Part shown: in pieces, positions 20,929 through 30,404 of the stretch
How positions within the stretch are numbered: position 1 is the stretch's first letter
How the letters are laid out: each line of letters opens with the position of its first letter
Sequence record: SRR2962707_4543
Strand: one strand, 5' to 3'
DNA length: 34,940 nt
Position numbers and translations under genes: made by a program
Notes under the pieces: generated by a model
What the model saw: only the letters and a program-made list of their open reading frames with translations
Database searches by the model: none
Told to the model about the DNA's origin: nothing

Positions 20929-21329
20929 GAGCCCTGCTCCGTTAGGATTGTGACCTGCTCGACACCTGCCTCGCGCAGTCCCTCCATGAGCTGCAGCACG
21001 GCTTCCGCCGGCGCATCCGCATCCGCCTTGATCGATACGCGCTTGGTGCCTTCGTCGCCGAGAAATTTCTCGACCATGTGGCCCGAGAGCTTCGCATCCA
21101 TCACCCGGTCGCCAAGCCAGACGAACCCGTCCGCTTCCACGATCAGCGTCGTCGGCACGTCGCGTTCGCGGTCGTTGAGCGTGCCTTCCGGCAGCGACAC
21201 TGCGATTTTTTCCGCCGGTTGCATCGTGCCCGCGAGCAGGAAGAAGATCAGCAGCAGGAACACCACGTTGATGAGCGGCACCAGCGTCTCGAACTGTCTT
21301 CTCGGCGGTTCTTCATCGAACTCGATCAT
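20925..21329 (-). CDS. exbD: ExbD/TolR family protein (Asn in place of the conserved TM Asp)
   Basis: LVPLINVVFLLLIFF TM segment; IKADADAP...V..LM..LREAGV periplasmic domain. Confidence 0.88.
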   Translation of the reverse strand: MIEFDEEPPRRQFETLVPLINVVFLLLIFFLLAGTMQPAEKIAVSLPEGTLNDRERDVPTTLIVEADGFVWLGDRVMDAKLSGHMVEKFLGDEGTKRVSIKADADAPAEAVLQLMEGLREAGVEQVTILTEQGS

Positions 21330-21733
21330 CGTGCGATTTTCTCCACCCGTGCCGTCCCGACATTCTTCGCACCCGATTGCCGCGCCGCCTCCACCGCCGC
21401 CACGAGCGCCTGCGTCCGCGATCCCTTCTCCGCCAGAATTGTGACGGTCAGGTCTTTTCGCTCGCCGATTGCCGCCTGCAGGCTCTCCGTCAGCGCGGCG
21501 CGTTCCACCGGCTTGCCGTCAATGGCAAGCGTGCCGTTCCCGAGCAGCCATATCTCGACCACCCGCGCATCCTTCGGCAATTCATCCGCGCTCGGCGCGG
21601 GCGTCACCACCGACAGCGACTGCGTCTGCAGAAACGATGTCGTCAGCATGAAGAAGATGAGCAGCAGGAACACCACGTCGATCAGCGGCGTCAGACTGGC
21701 CATCCCTCTGCGGCGGACGGGTTCTTCAAACAT
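21326..21733 (-). CDS. exbD: ExbD/TolR family protein (canonical Asp)
   Basis: SLTPLIDVVFLLLIFFMLTTSF; start ATG 21733 (or GTG 21736) after GGAGG. Confidence 0.9.
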   Translation of the reverse strand: MFEEPVRRRGMASLTPLIDVVFLLLIFFMLTTSFLQTQSLSVVTPAPSADELPKDARVVEIWLLGNGTLAIDGKPVERAALTESLQAAIGERKDLTVTILAEKGSRTQALVAAVEAARQSGAKNVGTARVEKIAR

Positions 21734-21752
21734 CACCGGAGCCTCCGCGCGT

Positions 21753-22547
21753 CTATTGCGCCGCTCTGGACTGCGCCGATCCCGGCCGCGCATGCAGCGC
21801 CGCGATCACGCGCGACGCGGCATCCCGCATCGAAAGCCGCACCTGGTCGATCTTGCCTTCAAGCAGGTTCAGCGCCGTGATCGCAGGCAGCGCCACGATC
21901 AGGCCGACAGCCGTCGTCAGCAGCGCTACCCAGATGCCGCCCGAAAGCAGCGCCGGATCGACCTGCGTCCCCGCCGCTTCGAGACTCTGGAAAGCGTTGA
22001 TCATGCCGATCACGGTGCCGAGCAGGCCGAGCAGCGGCGAGATATTGCCGATCACCTCAAGCCAGCGCAGATAGCGCTGTAGCGAGCCTATCTCCATCGT
22101 GCCGACGCGCGTGATTTCCGCCGCAACGTCCTCGTCGCGCAGATCGCCGCGCATCTTGGCGCGCACGCCCGCCGTCATCGCGCGGGCGAGCGGCGTCTTC
22201 TGCTTTTTCAGAATATCGAGCGCGCCGCCAAGGTCGCCCGCCTCGATCTTGTCGACAGCCGGATCGACGAAGCCGCGCTTCGAAAGCCCCGCCGACCAGA
22301 ACTGGAACACCTTGAGCAGGATCACCGCCGCCGAAATCACCGACAGCACCAGCAGAATCGCAACGATCGGCCCGCCCTTGTCGAGCAGCGACGCAATCGA
22401 ATACCACGCGTCCCCGCCGCCCGATTGCGCCAGAATATCCGCCGCGCCCGTCACGGTATCGCCTGCCCCGTCGGCGGCATCGGCGGCTCCATTGGCCGCA
22501 TCGGTAGCGCCCTCGACGGCTTCCGCCTCTGGGTTTTCTTCCGGCAT
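21753..22547 (-). CDS. exbB: ExbB/TolQ/MotA-family proton channel protein
   Basis: KGGP...IL..LSV.S, SPLLGLLGTVIGMI.AF, GIWVALLTTAVGLIVALPA; AGGAG RBS. Confidence 0.92.
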   Translation of the reverse strand: MPEENPEAEAVEGATDAANGAADAADGAGDTVTGAADILAQSGGGDAWYSIASLLDKGGPIVAILLVLSVISAAVILLKVFQFWSAGLSKRGFVDPAVDKIEAGDLGGALDILKKQKTPLARAMTAGVRAKMRGDLRDEDVAAEITRVGTMEIGSLQRYLRWLEVIGNISPLLGLLGTVIGMINAFQSLEAAGTQVDPALLSGGIWVALLTTAVGLIVALPAITALNLLEGKIDQVRLSMRDAASRVIAALHARPGSAQSRAAQ

Positions 22548-22811
22548 TGTCTACTCCTCCCGACAAAATCCCCCTGCGCCCGGCTGCTCCCGACAACCGC
22601 TTCCGCCTGATCCCGTTTTTTGATGACCGGCTGGCGCGTTTTTAGTAACGTCTATTTACGAAATCACCGCCGCGTACGAACGTCAAGTGCTTCGCGCGTC
22701 GTAATCGCGTAATTTTGTCGACGGCACCAAATTTCATCTTGATGCTGCATCGATACCCTCAATCCGAATGCTTCGGCCTTGGGCTGGAGTCAATGCCGGG
22801 GACAGGTGGGA

Positions 22812-23312
22812 ATGGCCAGGAACAATAACGCTACGGTCCCGGATACGGAGACCTCTGTGAGCGACCCGTTTTCGCCTGAAAAATTTGTCAGGACGATCAC
22901 CGAGCTCGGAACCATGCTCGCGACGACCTACGACCGCCGCACGGGCCTTACCCGCAATCAAAACCGCATCGTCATCGAGCTTCTGGAAAAAGATGGTCAG
23001 ACGCAGACGGAGCTCGCAAACGCGCTCGCCATACACAAGGTTTCTCTCGGCATTTATGTCGGCGAGCTCGAAGCGCTCGGCCTCGTCGAACGCCGCACTC
23101 ATCCAACCGACGGCCGCGCCAAATGCATCACGTTGACGCCCCTACTCCATGCGCACAAGCATATCGGCCGCGACCACTACGCCGCAATCCACGGCGCGGC
23201 GATCTCCGGTATCGATGAGAAGGACTATCTCACCATGCTGAAATGCATGGAGCTGATGCACGACAATCTGCAGACACTCGACGCCCGCGAAAGGGAAGCC
23301 GGAGAAACCTGA
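22812..23312 (+). CDS. MarR-family transcriptional regulator
   Basis: GLTRNQ, DGQTQTELA, LE..GLVERR..PTDGRAK.I.LT winged helix. Confidence 0.88.
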   Translation: MARNNNATVPDTETSVSDPFSPEKFVRTITELGTMLATTYDRRTGLTRNQNRIVIELLEKDGQTQTELANALAIHKVSLGIYVGELEALGLVERRTHPTDGRAKCITLTPLLHAHKHIGRDHYAAIHGAAISGIDEKDYLTMLKCMELMHDNLQTLDAREREAGET

Positions 23313-23313
23313 A

Positions 23314-23832
23314 CTAACCGATCGGCGGCAGGTTCTGATAGCCGCCGCGGTGATAGAGCAGCGGCCGCCCCTCTTCCACATAGTCGAACTTCAGCACGCG
23401 CCCGATCATGATGACATGGTCGCCCGCATCGTGCCGCGCCTCGACCTCGCATTCGAAATGCGCCAGCGCTTCCACCAGCGCGGGCGTGCCGCTCTTGCCG
23501 TGCAGAAGCTCGACGCCTTCAAGGCTGTGATCGCCCTTCCTCGCGAGCCGCGACGACACTTCCTGATGTTCCTCGCGCAGCACGTTCACCGTGAAATGCT
23601 TTGCCCTCTGGAACATCTCCAGCGTGTCCGACTGTTTGTCGAGACACCAGAGCACCAGCGGCGGATCGAGTGAAACCGAAGAAAACGAATTCACGGTGAT
23701 GCCGATCGGGGTGCCTTCGCCTTCGCGTGTCGTCACGACGGCGACGCCGGTCGTGTAACAGCCGAGCGCATTGCGGAACTTGCGCACGTCATGAATGTCG
23801 CCCTCGGTCACGGTCTTCGTTTCTGAACTCAT
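23314..23832 (-). CDS. Flavin reductase (HpaC/RutF-like, FMN-binding split barrel)
   Basis: FRNALGCYTTGVAVVT, GITVNSFSSVSLDPPLVLWCL, AGDHVIMIGRV, PLLYHRGGY. Confidence 0.93.
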   Translation of the reverse strand: MSSETKTVTEGDIHDVRKFRNALGCYTTGVAVVTTREGEGTPIGITVNSFSSVSLDPPLVLWCLDKQSDTLEMFQRAKHFTVNVLREEHQEVSSRLARKGDHSLEGVELLHGKSGTPALVEALAHFECEVEARHDAGDHVIMIGRVLKFDYVEEGRPLLYHRGGYQNLPPIG

Positions 23833-23889
23833 TGAACCCTGGCTCCCTCGCGAGTCTCCGCCCGCCACCGGTCTTTTATCAACGTCTCG

Positions 23890-24090
23890 TTAAGCTACCC
23901 CGTCCGGTTTAAGCCACGCGCCGCGTCCCACGCAACACTTACCCACGCAAATCCGCGGTATTTTGCGCAAAACGTCACAGGAATGCCCAATCGCGTGTTT
24001 GGTTAAACCCGCTGTTAAGAGGCCTGCCCCAAGAATGGCCGCACTGGTGGGACGGGCTTGCTGCAAGACAGGAGTCCGGGGGGTTAACGT
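23890..24090. promoter_or_regulatory. motA upstream region with CtrA-like TTAA elements
   Basis: TTAA at 23890, 23909, 24003, 24015 and 24084. 24003-24018 reads TTAA-N7-TTTAA on the minus strand, an imperfect CtrA box. Confidence 0.45.
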
Positions 24091-24110
24091 ACAAGAAAGT
24101 ACCTGGGCAT

Positions 24111-24974
24111 ATGCGGCTCGTTGTCGGCATCGTACTAGTCCTGTTGAGCGTCTTCGGCGGCTATGCCGCTATGGGCGGTCATCTGGAAGTTTTGTGGCAG
24201 CCCTTCGAGGCGGTCATCATTCTCGGCGCGGCGCTCGGCGCCTTCTGCATCGCCAATCCGCCTTCCGTCCTCAAGGCCGCCGGCAGCATCTTCGGAACGC
24301 TCTTCAAGGGCTCGCGCTACGACAAGGACGCCTTCCTCGAACTTCTCGGCCTCCAGTACACCCTGTTCAAGCTCGCCAAGAGCAAAGGCAACCTCGCACT
24401 CGAAGCACATGTCGAAAATCCCGCCGAGAGCGCGATCTTCGCCCAGTTCCCGAAATTCTCCGCCGATCACCACGCCGTCGAATTCATGTGCGACTACCTG
24501 CGTATGATCACGCTGGGCACCGAGAACGCGCATGAACTCGAATCGCTCATGGACGAGGAACTCGAAACCCATCACCAGGAACGCGAGCGTATCGTCTCCG
24601 CCATTCAGGCGCTTGCCGACGGCACTCCCGCGCTCGGCATCGTCGCCGCCGTGCTCGGTGTCATCAAGACAATGGGCTCCATCGACCAGCCGCCGGCCGT
24701 GCTCGGCGGTCTGATCGGCGGCGCGCTTGTCGGTACATTCCTCGGCGTCTTCGTCGCCTATGGCTTCTTCGGTCCGATGGCGCAGTCGCTGCGCAACACC
24801 TACGAGGCCGAGTCCAAATATTTTCTGTCGATGAAGGCCGGCCTCCTCGCGCATATGGCGGGCTACGCCCCCGCCGTCTCCATCGAATTCGCGCGCAAGG
24901 CGCTGATGTCGGAAGTGCGTCCCACTTTCATCGAAGTCGAGCAGTCCACCGCATCGCTTCAGGCCGCTACCTGA
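24111..24974 (+). CDS. motA: Flagellar motor stator protein MotA
   Basis: GGH..VLWQP.E..II.GAA, PALGIVAAVLGVIKTM, LIGGALVGTFLGVF.AYGF, EFARK.L....RPTF.EVE. Confidence 0.96.
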   Translation: MRLVVGIVLVLLSVFGGYAAMGGHLEVLWQPFEAVIILGAALGAFCIANPPSVLKAAGSIFGTLFKGSRYDKDAFLELLGLQYTLFKLAKSKGNLALEAHVENPAESAIFAQFPKFSADHHAVEFMCDYLRMITLGTENAHELESLMDEELETHHQERERIVSAIQALADGTPALGIVAAVLGVIKTMGSIDQPPAVLGGLIGGALVGTFLGVFVAYGFFGPMAQSLRNTYEAESKYFLSMKAGLLAHMAGYAPAVSIEFARKALMSEVRPTFIEVEQSTASLQAAT

Positions 24975-24993
24975 CGGCGCGGGATAGGTTCAA

Positions 24994-25890
24994 ATGACCG
25001 CCAACGAACGTCCGATTATCCTCAAGAAGGTCAAGAAGGTCGTCCACGGCCATCACGGCGGCGCATGGAAGATCGCCTATGCCGACTTCGTTACCGCCAT
25101 GATGGCGTTCTTTCTGTTGATGTGGCTCATCAGCATGACGACGCCGGAACAGAAACAGGGCCTCGCCGACTACTTCGCCCCCTCAAACGTCAGTCGCTCG
25201 ACAAGCGGCGCCGGCGGCATCATGGGGGGCACCGCCTTCGACGAAGAAGGCGCGCGCATGCCGGGCACCAAGCCGCAGGTCGTCATGACGATCTCGACGC
25301 CCGCGCAGCCGAAGAGCCCCGAGCTCGCCGAGAAGGAAGCGAAGAACGCCGCGCAGATGGACAAGCTCATGAAAGAGAAGTCCGCGCGCGACGAACAGAA
25401 CTTCCGCAGCGCCGCCGAAAGCATCCGCCAGGCGATGCGCGAAAACCCGGACCTTGCCGAACTCTCGCGCAACCTCATCATCGACGAAACGCCGGACGGC
25501 CTGCGCATCCAGATCGTCGATCAGGATGGCCGCTCCATGTTCCCCTCGGGCCTTGTCGAACCCTACGAACGCACGCGCGAATTGCTTGGCGAGGTCGCGG
25601 AAATTCTCGTCCGCCTGCCCAACCGCGTCGCCATTTCCGGCCACACCGACGCCAATCCCGTCGCCGGCCGTCCCGGTTATTCCAATTGGGAACTTACCGC
25701 CGACCGGGCAAACGCAACGCGGCGCATTCTGGAAAGTTCGGGCCTCTCCAACGATCGCATCTACCAGGTCGTCGGCAAGGCGGACTCCGAACCGCTCTTC
25801 CCCGAAGACCCCTATATGGCTGCGAACCGCCGCCTTTCGATCCTGCTGCTGCGCGAAGCCCCCGTCACACCGCCCGGTTTCAGCCCCTGA
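24994..25890 (+). CDS. motB: Flagellar motor stator protein MotB
   Basis: HHGGAWKIAYADFVTAMMAFFLLMWL (catalytic Asp present); OmpA-like GHTD, NWEL..DRAN and NRR motifs. Confidence 0.96.
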   Translation: MTANERPIILKKVKKVVHGHHGGAWKIAYADFVTAMMAFFLLMWLISMTTPEQKQGLADYFAPSNVSRSTSGAGGIMGGTAFDEEGARMPGTKPQVVMTISTPAQPKSPELAEKEAKNAAQMDKLMKEKSARDEQNFRSAAESIRQAMRENPDLAELSRNLIIDETPDGLRIQIVDQDGRSMFPSGLVEPYERTRELLGEVAEILVRLPNRVAISGHTDANPVAGRPGYSNWELTADRANATRRILESSGLSNDRIYQVVGKADSEPLFPEDPYMAANRRLSILLLREAPVTPPGFSP

Positions 25891-25967
25891 AGCCCTCTTT
25901 TCGGCTCTTGCCTTCCGCTTCCTCTCCCCTTATGTCAAACAGGCGGAGTTAGGGGAGATGGAAAAAC

Positions 25968-26447
25968 ATGAGCGAAAGCAACAGGGTAGCTGAAGTCGGC
26001 CTTTCCGCTTCGGAAAGCTGGCAGTGGCCCGCAGGTGCCTTTGAAGGCATCGTCCTCGCCCGCTGCCTCGCTTTCCTCGCCGATCTTCTGGTGGTCTGCG
26101 TGACACTCATAGCGGCCTCCCTGGTCTTCGGCGTTCTCGGCATCCTGACCTTCGGCCTCCTCTGGCCGGGCGCCGCGCTCACGCCCTTGATCGTCCTCGC
26201 CTATTTCACTTTCACACTCGGCGGCCGGTATTCGGCGACCCCCGGCATGCGCTGGCAGGGGATCGAGTTGCGCGCGTGGAATGGCAACCGTCCGGGCCTC
26301 ATGCAGGCCTTTCTTCAGACGATTCTCTTCTATGTGACCGTCACCGTCGGCACCGTGCTGGTTCTCATCGTTCCGTTCTTCAATGAACGCCGCCGCTGTC
26401 TCCACGACTATCTTTGCGGTACTGTCTTCCTCCGTAGTGACGTCTGA
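25968..26447 (+). CDS. RDD family membrane protein
   Basis: R.LAFL.D, ATPGMR..GI, RR.LHD.L.GT pattern. Confidence 0.88.
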   Translation: MSESNRVAEVGLSASESWQWPAGAFEGIVLARCLAFLADLLVVCVTLIAASLVFGVLGILTFGLLWPGAALTPLIVLAYFTFTLGGRYSATPGMRWQGIELRAWNGNRPGLMQAFLQTILFYVTVTVGTVLVLIVPFFNERRRCLHDYLCGTVFLRSDV

Positions 26448-26531
26448 GACGGGGCCCTTTTCAGAATCTTGGAATTTCACTCGACGCATTGATGCTCGAC
26501 CGCACCATGCGTTACCGGAAGAGATGCGTGC

Positions 26532-28394
26532 ATGGAGATAGCTTACGCTTGGCAGATGTGGGTGACCTACGGCCTGATTTTGGCCGCGGTCGTTCTGTTC
26601 AGCATCGAGCGCCTCTCGCTCGAACTGTCCGCCCTCGCCATTCTCGTCGCGATGCTCGTCTTCTTCTATTTCTTCCCGGTCATCGGTGAAGACGGACGCA
26701 ATCTTCTCGGCTCGACAACGCTCCTCGCCGGCTTCGCGAATCCCGCGCTCATCGCCGTTCTCGCACTCCTCGTCGTCGGCCATGGCATGTTCCAGACCGG
26801 CGCGCTCGACGGCGCGGCGCGTTACGTCGCCGACCTCGGCTCCACGCGGCCGCGCACGACCATCTTCTTCACCTTCCTTCTCGTCGCCGTCATCAGCGCC
26901 TTCCTGAACAACACGCCCGTCGCCGTCATGTTCATCCCCGTGCTCGCAACGCTCGCCATGCGTTTCGGCCAGCGCGCGCCGAAGGTGATGATGACACTGA
27001 GCTATGTCTCGATCCTCGGCGGCATGACGACGCTCATCGGCTCCTCGACCAACCTGCTCGCGGCAGGCGTCGTCATGACCTCGAATCTGCCGCCCATCGG
27101 TATTTTCGATTTCGTGGTGCCGGGTGTTTTTCTCGCCTCGCTCGGCTTCCTCTACTCGACGCTCATCGTGCCGCGCCTGGTGCCCGATCGTGGCGGCCCG
27201 ACCATGGACTTGTCCGGGCCGGATGCCGGTGGCGGCAAGCAATACATCGCCCAGCTTGAAATCACATCGGATCATCCGCTTGTCGGCGTAAGCTCGAAAG
27301 CGGGTCTTTTTCCGCCCCTGCGCGACATGACCGTCCGCATGATCCAGCGCGGCGAGCATCCGATCCTGCCGCCCTTCGAAGACGTGGCTCTGGTTCCCGG
27401 CGACGTCGTCATCGTCGCCGCCACGCGCCAGACGCTCACCGAAGCCCTGAAGTCCGGCTCGCGCATCTTCGAAGGCATGCTGGAAGAACGATTCGCCGAA
27501 GGCGCTGAAACAAACGGCACACCGGCAAAACCGGGCGGCGAACTCGTCCTTGCCGAAACCGTCGTCGCGCCGGGTTCGCGCATGATCGGCCAGACCATCG
27601 AGCAGATCGCCTTCCGCCACCAGACCGGCTGCATCGTGCTCGGCATCCAGCGCCGCAGCCGCATGATCCGCACCCTCTTGAACGATATCCGCCTCGAAGC
27701 AGGCGACGTGCTCCTCGTGCTCGGCACCGGCACGCTGGTTCAGGATCTTCGCCACAACCGCGACGTGCTGCTGCTCGAATGGTCGGCAACCGAACTCCCG
27801 GACCCGAAGCTCGCCCACCGCGCGCTCGGAATCTTCGGCGTCATGGTCGCGCTCGTGTTGCTCGGCATCTTGCCCATTGAAATCGCCTCGGTCGGTGCCG
27901 CAGGCGCCATCATCGCTTCCGGCGTTCTCAATGTCCGTCAGGCCGCCCGCGCCATCGACCGGCGCATCTTCCTCATGGTCGGCGCCATGCTCGGCGTCGC
28001 CGCCGCCCTCGAAGCCACCGGCGGCGCCCGCGCCATCGCGGAATCTTCGGTCGTCATGTTCTCCGGCTTCGGCGTGCCGATCATTCTCTCGGCCTTCTTC
28101 TTCGCCACCGCCGTCACCACGAACGTCCTCACCAACAACGCAACCGCCGTCCTTTTCACGCCCATCGCCATCAGCACGGCAACGCAGCTTGGCGTCGACC
28201 CGATGATCTTCGTCTATGCCGTGATTTTCGCCTCGAACTGCTCCTTCGCAACCCCCATGGGCTACCAGACCAATCTCTTGGTTATGGGACCCGGCCACTA
28301 CGAATTCAGGGATTTCGTGCGCACCGGCACCCCCCTCGTCATTCTGCTCTGGCTGGCCTATTCTTTCTTTGCGCCCTGGTACTATGGGCTCTGA
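26532..28394 (+). CDS. SLC13/DASS-family permease with two TrkA-C domains
   Basis: SAFLNNTPV, LGGMTTLIGSSTNLL, central soluble TrkA-C repeats, TNNATAVL, FATPMGYQTNLLV.GPG.Y.F.DF. Confidence 0.9.
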   Translation: MEIAYAWQMWVTYGLILAAVVLFSIERLSLELSALAILVAMLVFFYFFPVIGEDGRNLLGSTTLLAGFANPALIAVLALLVVGHGMFQTGALDGAARYVADLGSTRPRTTIFFTFLLVAVISAFLNNTPVAVMFIPVLATLAMRFGQRAPKVMMTLSYVSILGGMTTLIGSSTNLLAAGVVMTSNLPPIGIFDFVVPGVFLASLGFLYSTLIVPRLVPDRGGPTMDLSGPDAGGGKQYIAQLEITSDHPLVGVSSKAGLFPPLRDMTVRMIQRGEHPILPPFEDVALVPGDVVIVAATRQTLTEALKSGSRIFEGMLEERFAEGAETNGTPAKPGGELVLAETVVAPGSRMIGQTIEQIAFRHQTGCIVLGIQRRSRMIRTLLNDIRLEAGDVLLVLGTGTLVQDLRHNRDVLLLEWSATELPDPKLAHRALGIFGVMVALVLLGILPIEIASVGAAGAIIASGVLNVRQAARAIDRRIFLMVGAMLGVAAALEATGGARAIAESSVVMFSGFGVPIILSAFFFATAVTTNVLTNNATAVLFTPIAISTATQLGVDPMIFVYAVIFASNCSFATPMGYQTNLLVMGPGHYEFRDFVRTGTPLVILLWLAYSFFAPWYYGL

Positions 28395-28427
28395 GGCAAA
28401 CGGCGGCGAGGCAGCGCGAGAAGGCCA

Positions 28428-29162
28428 GTGACGGACCAATCCCGCATAAGATTTCCGCAGTTCTACATCACGTCGCCGCAGCCGTGCCCCTACCTGGCCG
28501 GCCGCTACGAGAAGAAGGTCTTTACCCATCTCCTCGGCGATGAGCCCGTCTCCCTGAACAACATGCTGACCCAGGCGGGCTTCCGCCGCAGCCAGAACAT
28601 CGCCTACCGCCCCGCCTGCGATGGTTGTCAGGCCTGCGTCTCGGTCCGCGTGACGGTCAACGACTTCAAACCCGGCCGCACCTTCCGCCGCATTCTCGCG
28701 CGTAATGCGGATCTGCGCGCGGCGCTCGCGCCGCCCAAGGCGACCGCCGAACAATACGGTCTGCTGCGCCGCTATCTCGACGAACGCCACGCCGAGGGCG
28801 GCATGGCCGACATGTCCGAGCTCGATTACGTCGCCATGGTCGAGGACACGACCATCGCAACCCGCCTCATCGAATACCGCCTCTCCGGCGAACCGGGTGC
28901 GCCCGGCCGGCTCCTCGCCGCCGCCCTCACCGATACGCTCGAAGACGGCTTGTCGATGGTCTACAGCTTCTACGATCCTGTGGAGACGGCCCGCAGCCTC
29001 GGCACCTTCATGGTCCTCGACCACATCGAACGCGCCCGGATGCTCGGCTTGCCCTACGTCTATCTCGGCTACTGGGTCGAGGGCTCCCGCAAGATGGCCT
29101 ACAAGACCCGCTTCCAGCCTCTCGAAGCCCTGACCAACGAAGGCTGGCGCAAACTGCCTTGA
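28428..29162 (+). CDS. bpt: Bacterial ATE-like aminoacyl-tRNA-protein transferase (Asp/Glu leucyltransferase; often annotated arginyltransferase)
   Basis: [59 protein letters not shown] start. Confidence 0.92.
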   Translation: MTDQSRIRFPQFYITSPQPCPYLAGRYEKKVFTHLLGDEPVSLNNMLTQAGFRRSQNIAYRPACDGCQACVSVRVTVNDFKPGRTFRRILARNADLRAALAPPKATAEQYGLLRRYLDERHAEGGMADMSELDYVAMVEDTTIATRLIEYRLSGEPGAPGRLLAAALTDTLEDGLSMVYSFYDPVETARSLGTFMVLDHIERARMLGLPYVYLGYWVEGSRKMAYKTRFQPLEALTNEGWRKLP

Positions 29163-29194
29163 AATTGCTTGGTTTTTAATCGCGCCCGCCGCCG

Positions 29195-29222
29195 TTGCAC
29201 CCTGTGCCCGCCCGCCTATACT
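29195..29222 (+). promoter_or_regulatory. Putative sigma70 promoter for the TRAP operon
   Basis: TTGCAC-N16-TATACT about 80 nt upstream of dctP. Confidence 0.4.
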
Positions 29223-29301
29223 GGCCGCGAATTGTAGCCCGTCAATCGGGGATGAGGCGGCCGGAACCGGCTGCCTGGGGAAGTAGATCGGGGAGTTTTC
29301 T

Positions 29302-30372
29302 ATGAAACGCCGCTCGTTTCTGGCTGGCGCCGGCTTTGCCGGCATTGCCGCCGCCATGCCCGCGCCCGCGGTGGCGCAAGGTGTACGCAAGCTCAAGATG
29401 GTCACGACCTGGCCGAAAAACTATCCGGGCCTCGGCACCTCCGCCGAACGGCTCGCGCAACGCATCGGCGACATGACGGACGGCGCGCTCGAGATCAAGG
29501 TCTTCGCCGCCAACGAACTCGTCCCCCCGCTCGAATGCTTCGACACCGTCTCCTCGGGCGCCGCCGACATCTATCACGGTGCGGAGTATTACTGGCAGGG
29601 CAAGTCCAAGGCCTACAACTTCTTCACCGCCGTGCCCTTCGGGATGACAGCCGCCGAAATCAACGCCTGGATCTATCATGGCGGCGGACAGGAACTCTGG
29701 GACGACCTCGCCAAAGGCTTCAACATCAAGCCCTTCATGGCCGCAAATACCGGCGTCCAGCTTCCCGGCTGGTACCGCAACGAAATAAAGTCACTCGACG
29801 ACCTCAAGGGTCTCAGCATCCGCATGCCGGGCCTCGGCGGCGAAGTCATGCGCCGTCTCGGCGCGGCCGCCGTCACGCTTGCCGGTCCCGACATCTTCCC
29901 CGCCCTCCAGAACGGCACCATCGACGCCGCCGAATGGGTCGGCCCGTGGAACGACATGGCCTTCGGCTTCTACCGCCTCGCCAAATACTACTACTGGCCG
30001 GGCTTCCACGAGCCGGGCTCATCTCTTACCGCCGGTTTCAATCTCGCCGTTTGGGAATCGCTGACGAAGCAACAGCAGGCCGTGGTCCGCGCCGCCTGCG
30101 CTGCCGAGAACGACTATACCCTCGCCGAATACAACGCCCACAACGGCGCAGCCCTGAAGACGCTTATCGACAAGCACGGCGTCAATGTCCGCCGCTTCCC
30201 CGACGATGTCGTCGCCGCGCTGAAGACAACCTCGCAGCAGGTGCTCGAAGACGCCGCAAAAGAAGACGCCGTCACCGCGAAAGTCTATGAGAGTTTCCGC
30301 ACCTTCCTCGATACGACAAGCGAATGGACCCGCATCGGCGACGAGGGCTTCGTGGAGGCGCGCCGCGGCTAA
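29302..30372 (+). CDS. dctP: TRAP transporter substrate-binding protein (DctP, TakP-like) with Tat signal
   Basis: MKRRSFL twin-arginine signal, MVTTWPK, YYWQGK, RMPGLGG, DAAEWVGP.ND, YYWPGFHEPG. Confidence 0.92.
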   Translation: MKRRSFLAGAGFAGIAAAMPAPAVAQGVRKLKMVTTWPKNYPGLGTSAERLAQRIGDMTDGALEIKVFAANELVPPLECFDTVSSGAADIYHGAEYYWQGKSKAYNFFTAVPFGMTAAEINAWIYHGGGQELWDDLAKGFNIKPFMAANTGVQLPGWYRNEIKSLDDLKGLSIRMPGLGGEVMRRLGAAAVTLAGPDIFPALQNGTIDAAEWVGPWNDMAFGFYRLAKYYYWPGFHEPGSSLTAGFNLAVWESLTKQQQAVVRAACAAENDYTLAEYNAHNGAALKTLIDKHGVNVRRFPDDVVAALKTTSQQVLEDAAKEDAVTAKVYESFRTFLDTTSEWTRIGDEGFVEARRG

Positions 30373-30404
30373 CCCGGCCTCTCAAACCCCATGATTCCGA
30401 AAGC

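Noticed and set aside
20077-22547. Possible tolQRA operon
   Set aside because: No ybgC, tolB or pal neighbours; two ExbD-type genes; the linker is Pro-rich rather than a long Ala/Lys helix.
24111-25890. Possible Zorya ZorAB anti-phage motor
   Set aside because: MotA is normal length with no long cytoplasmic tail, the motifs are canonical flagellar ones, and no zorC/D/E-like genes are adjacent.
25935-29405. 1156-aa minus-strand ORF
   Set aside because: It lies antisense to the well-supported RDD, SLC13 and bpt genes and has no recognisable motifs; a typical high-GC shadow ORF.
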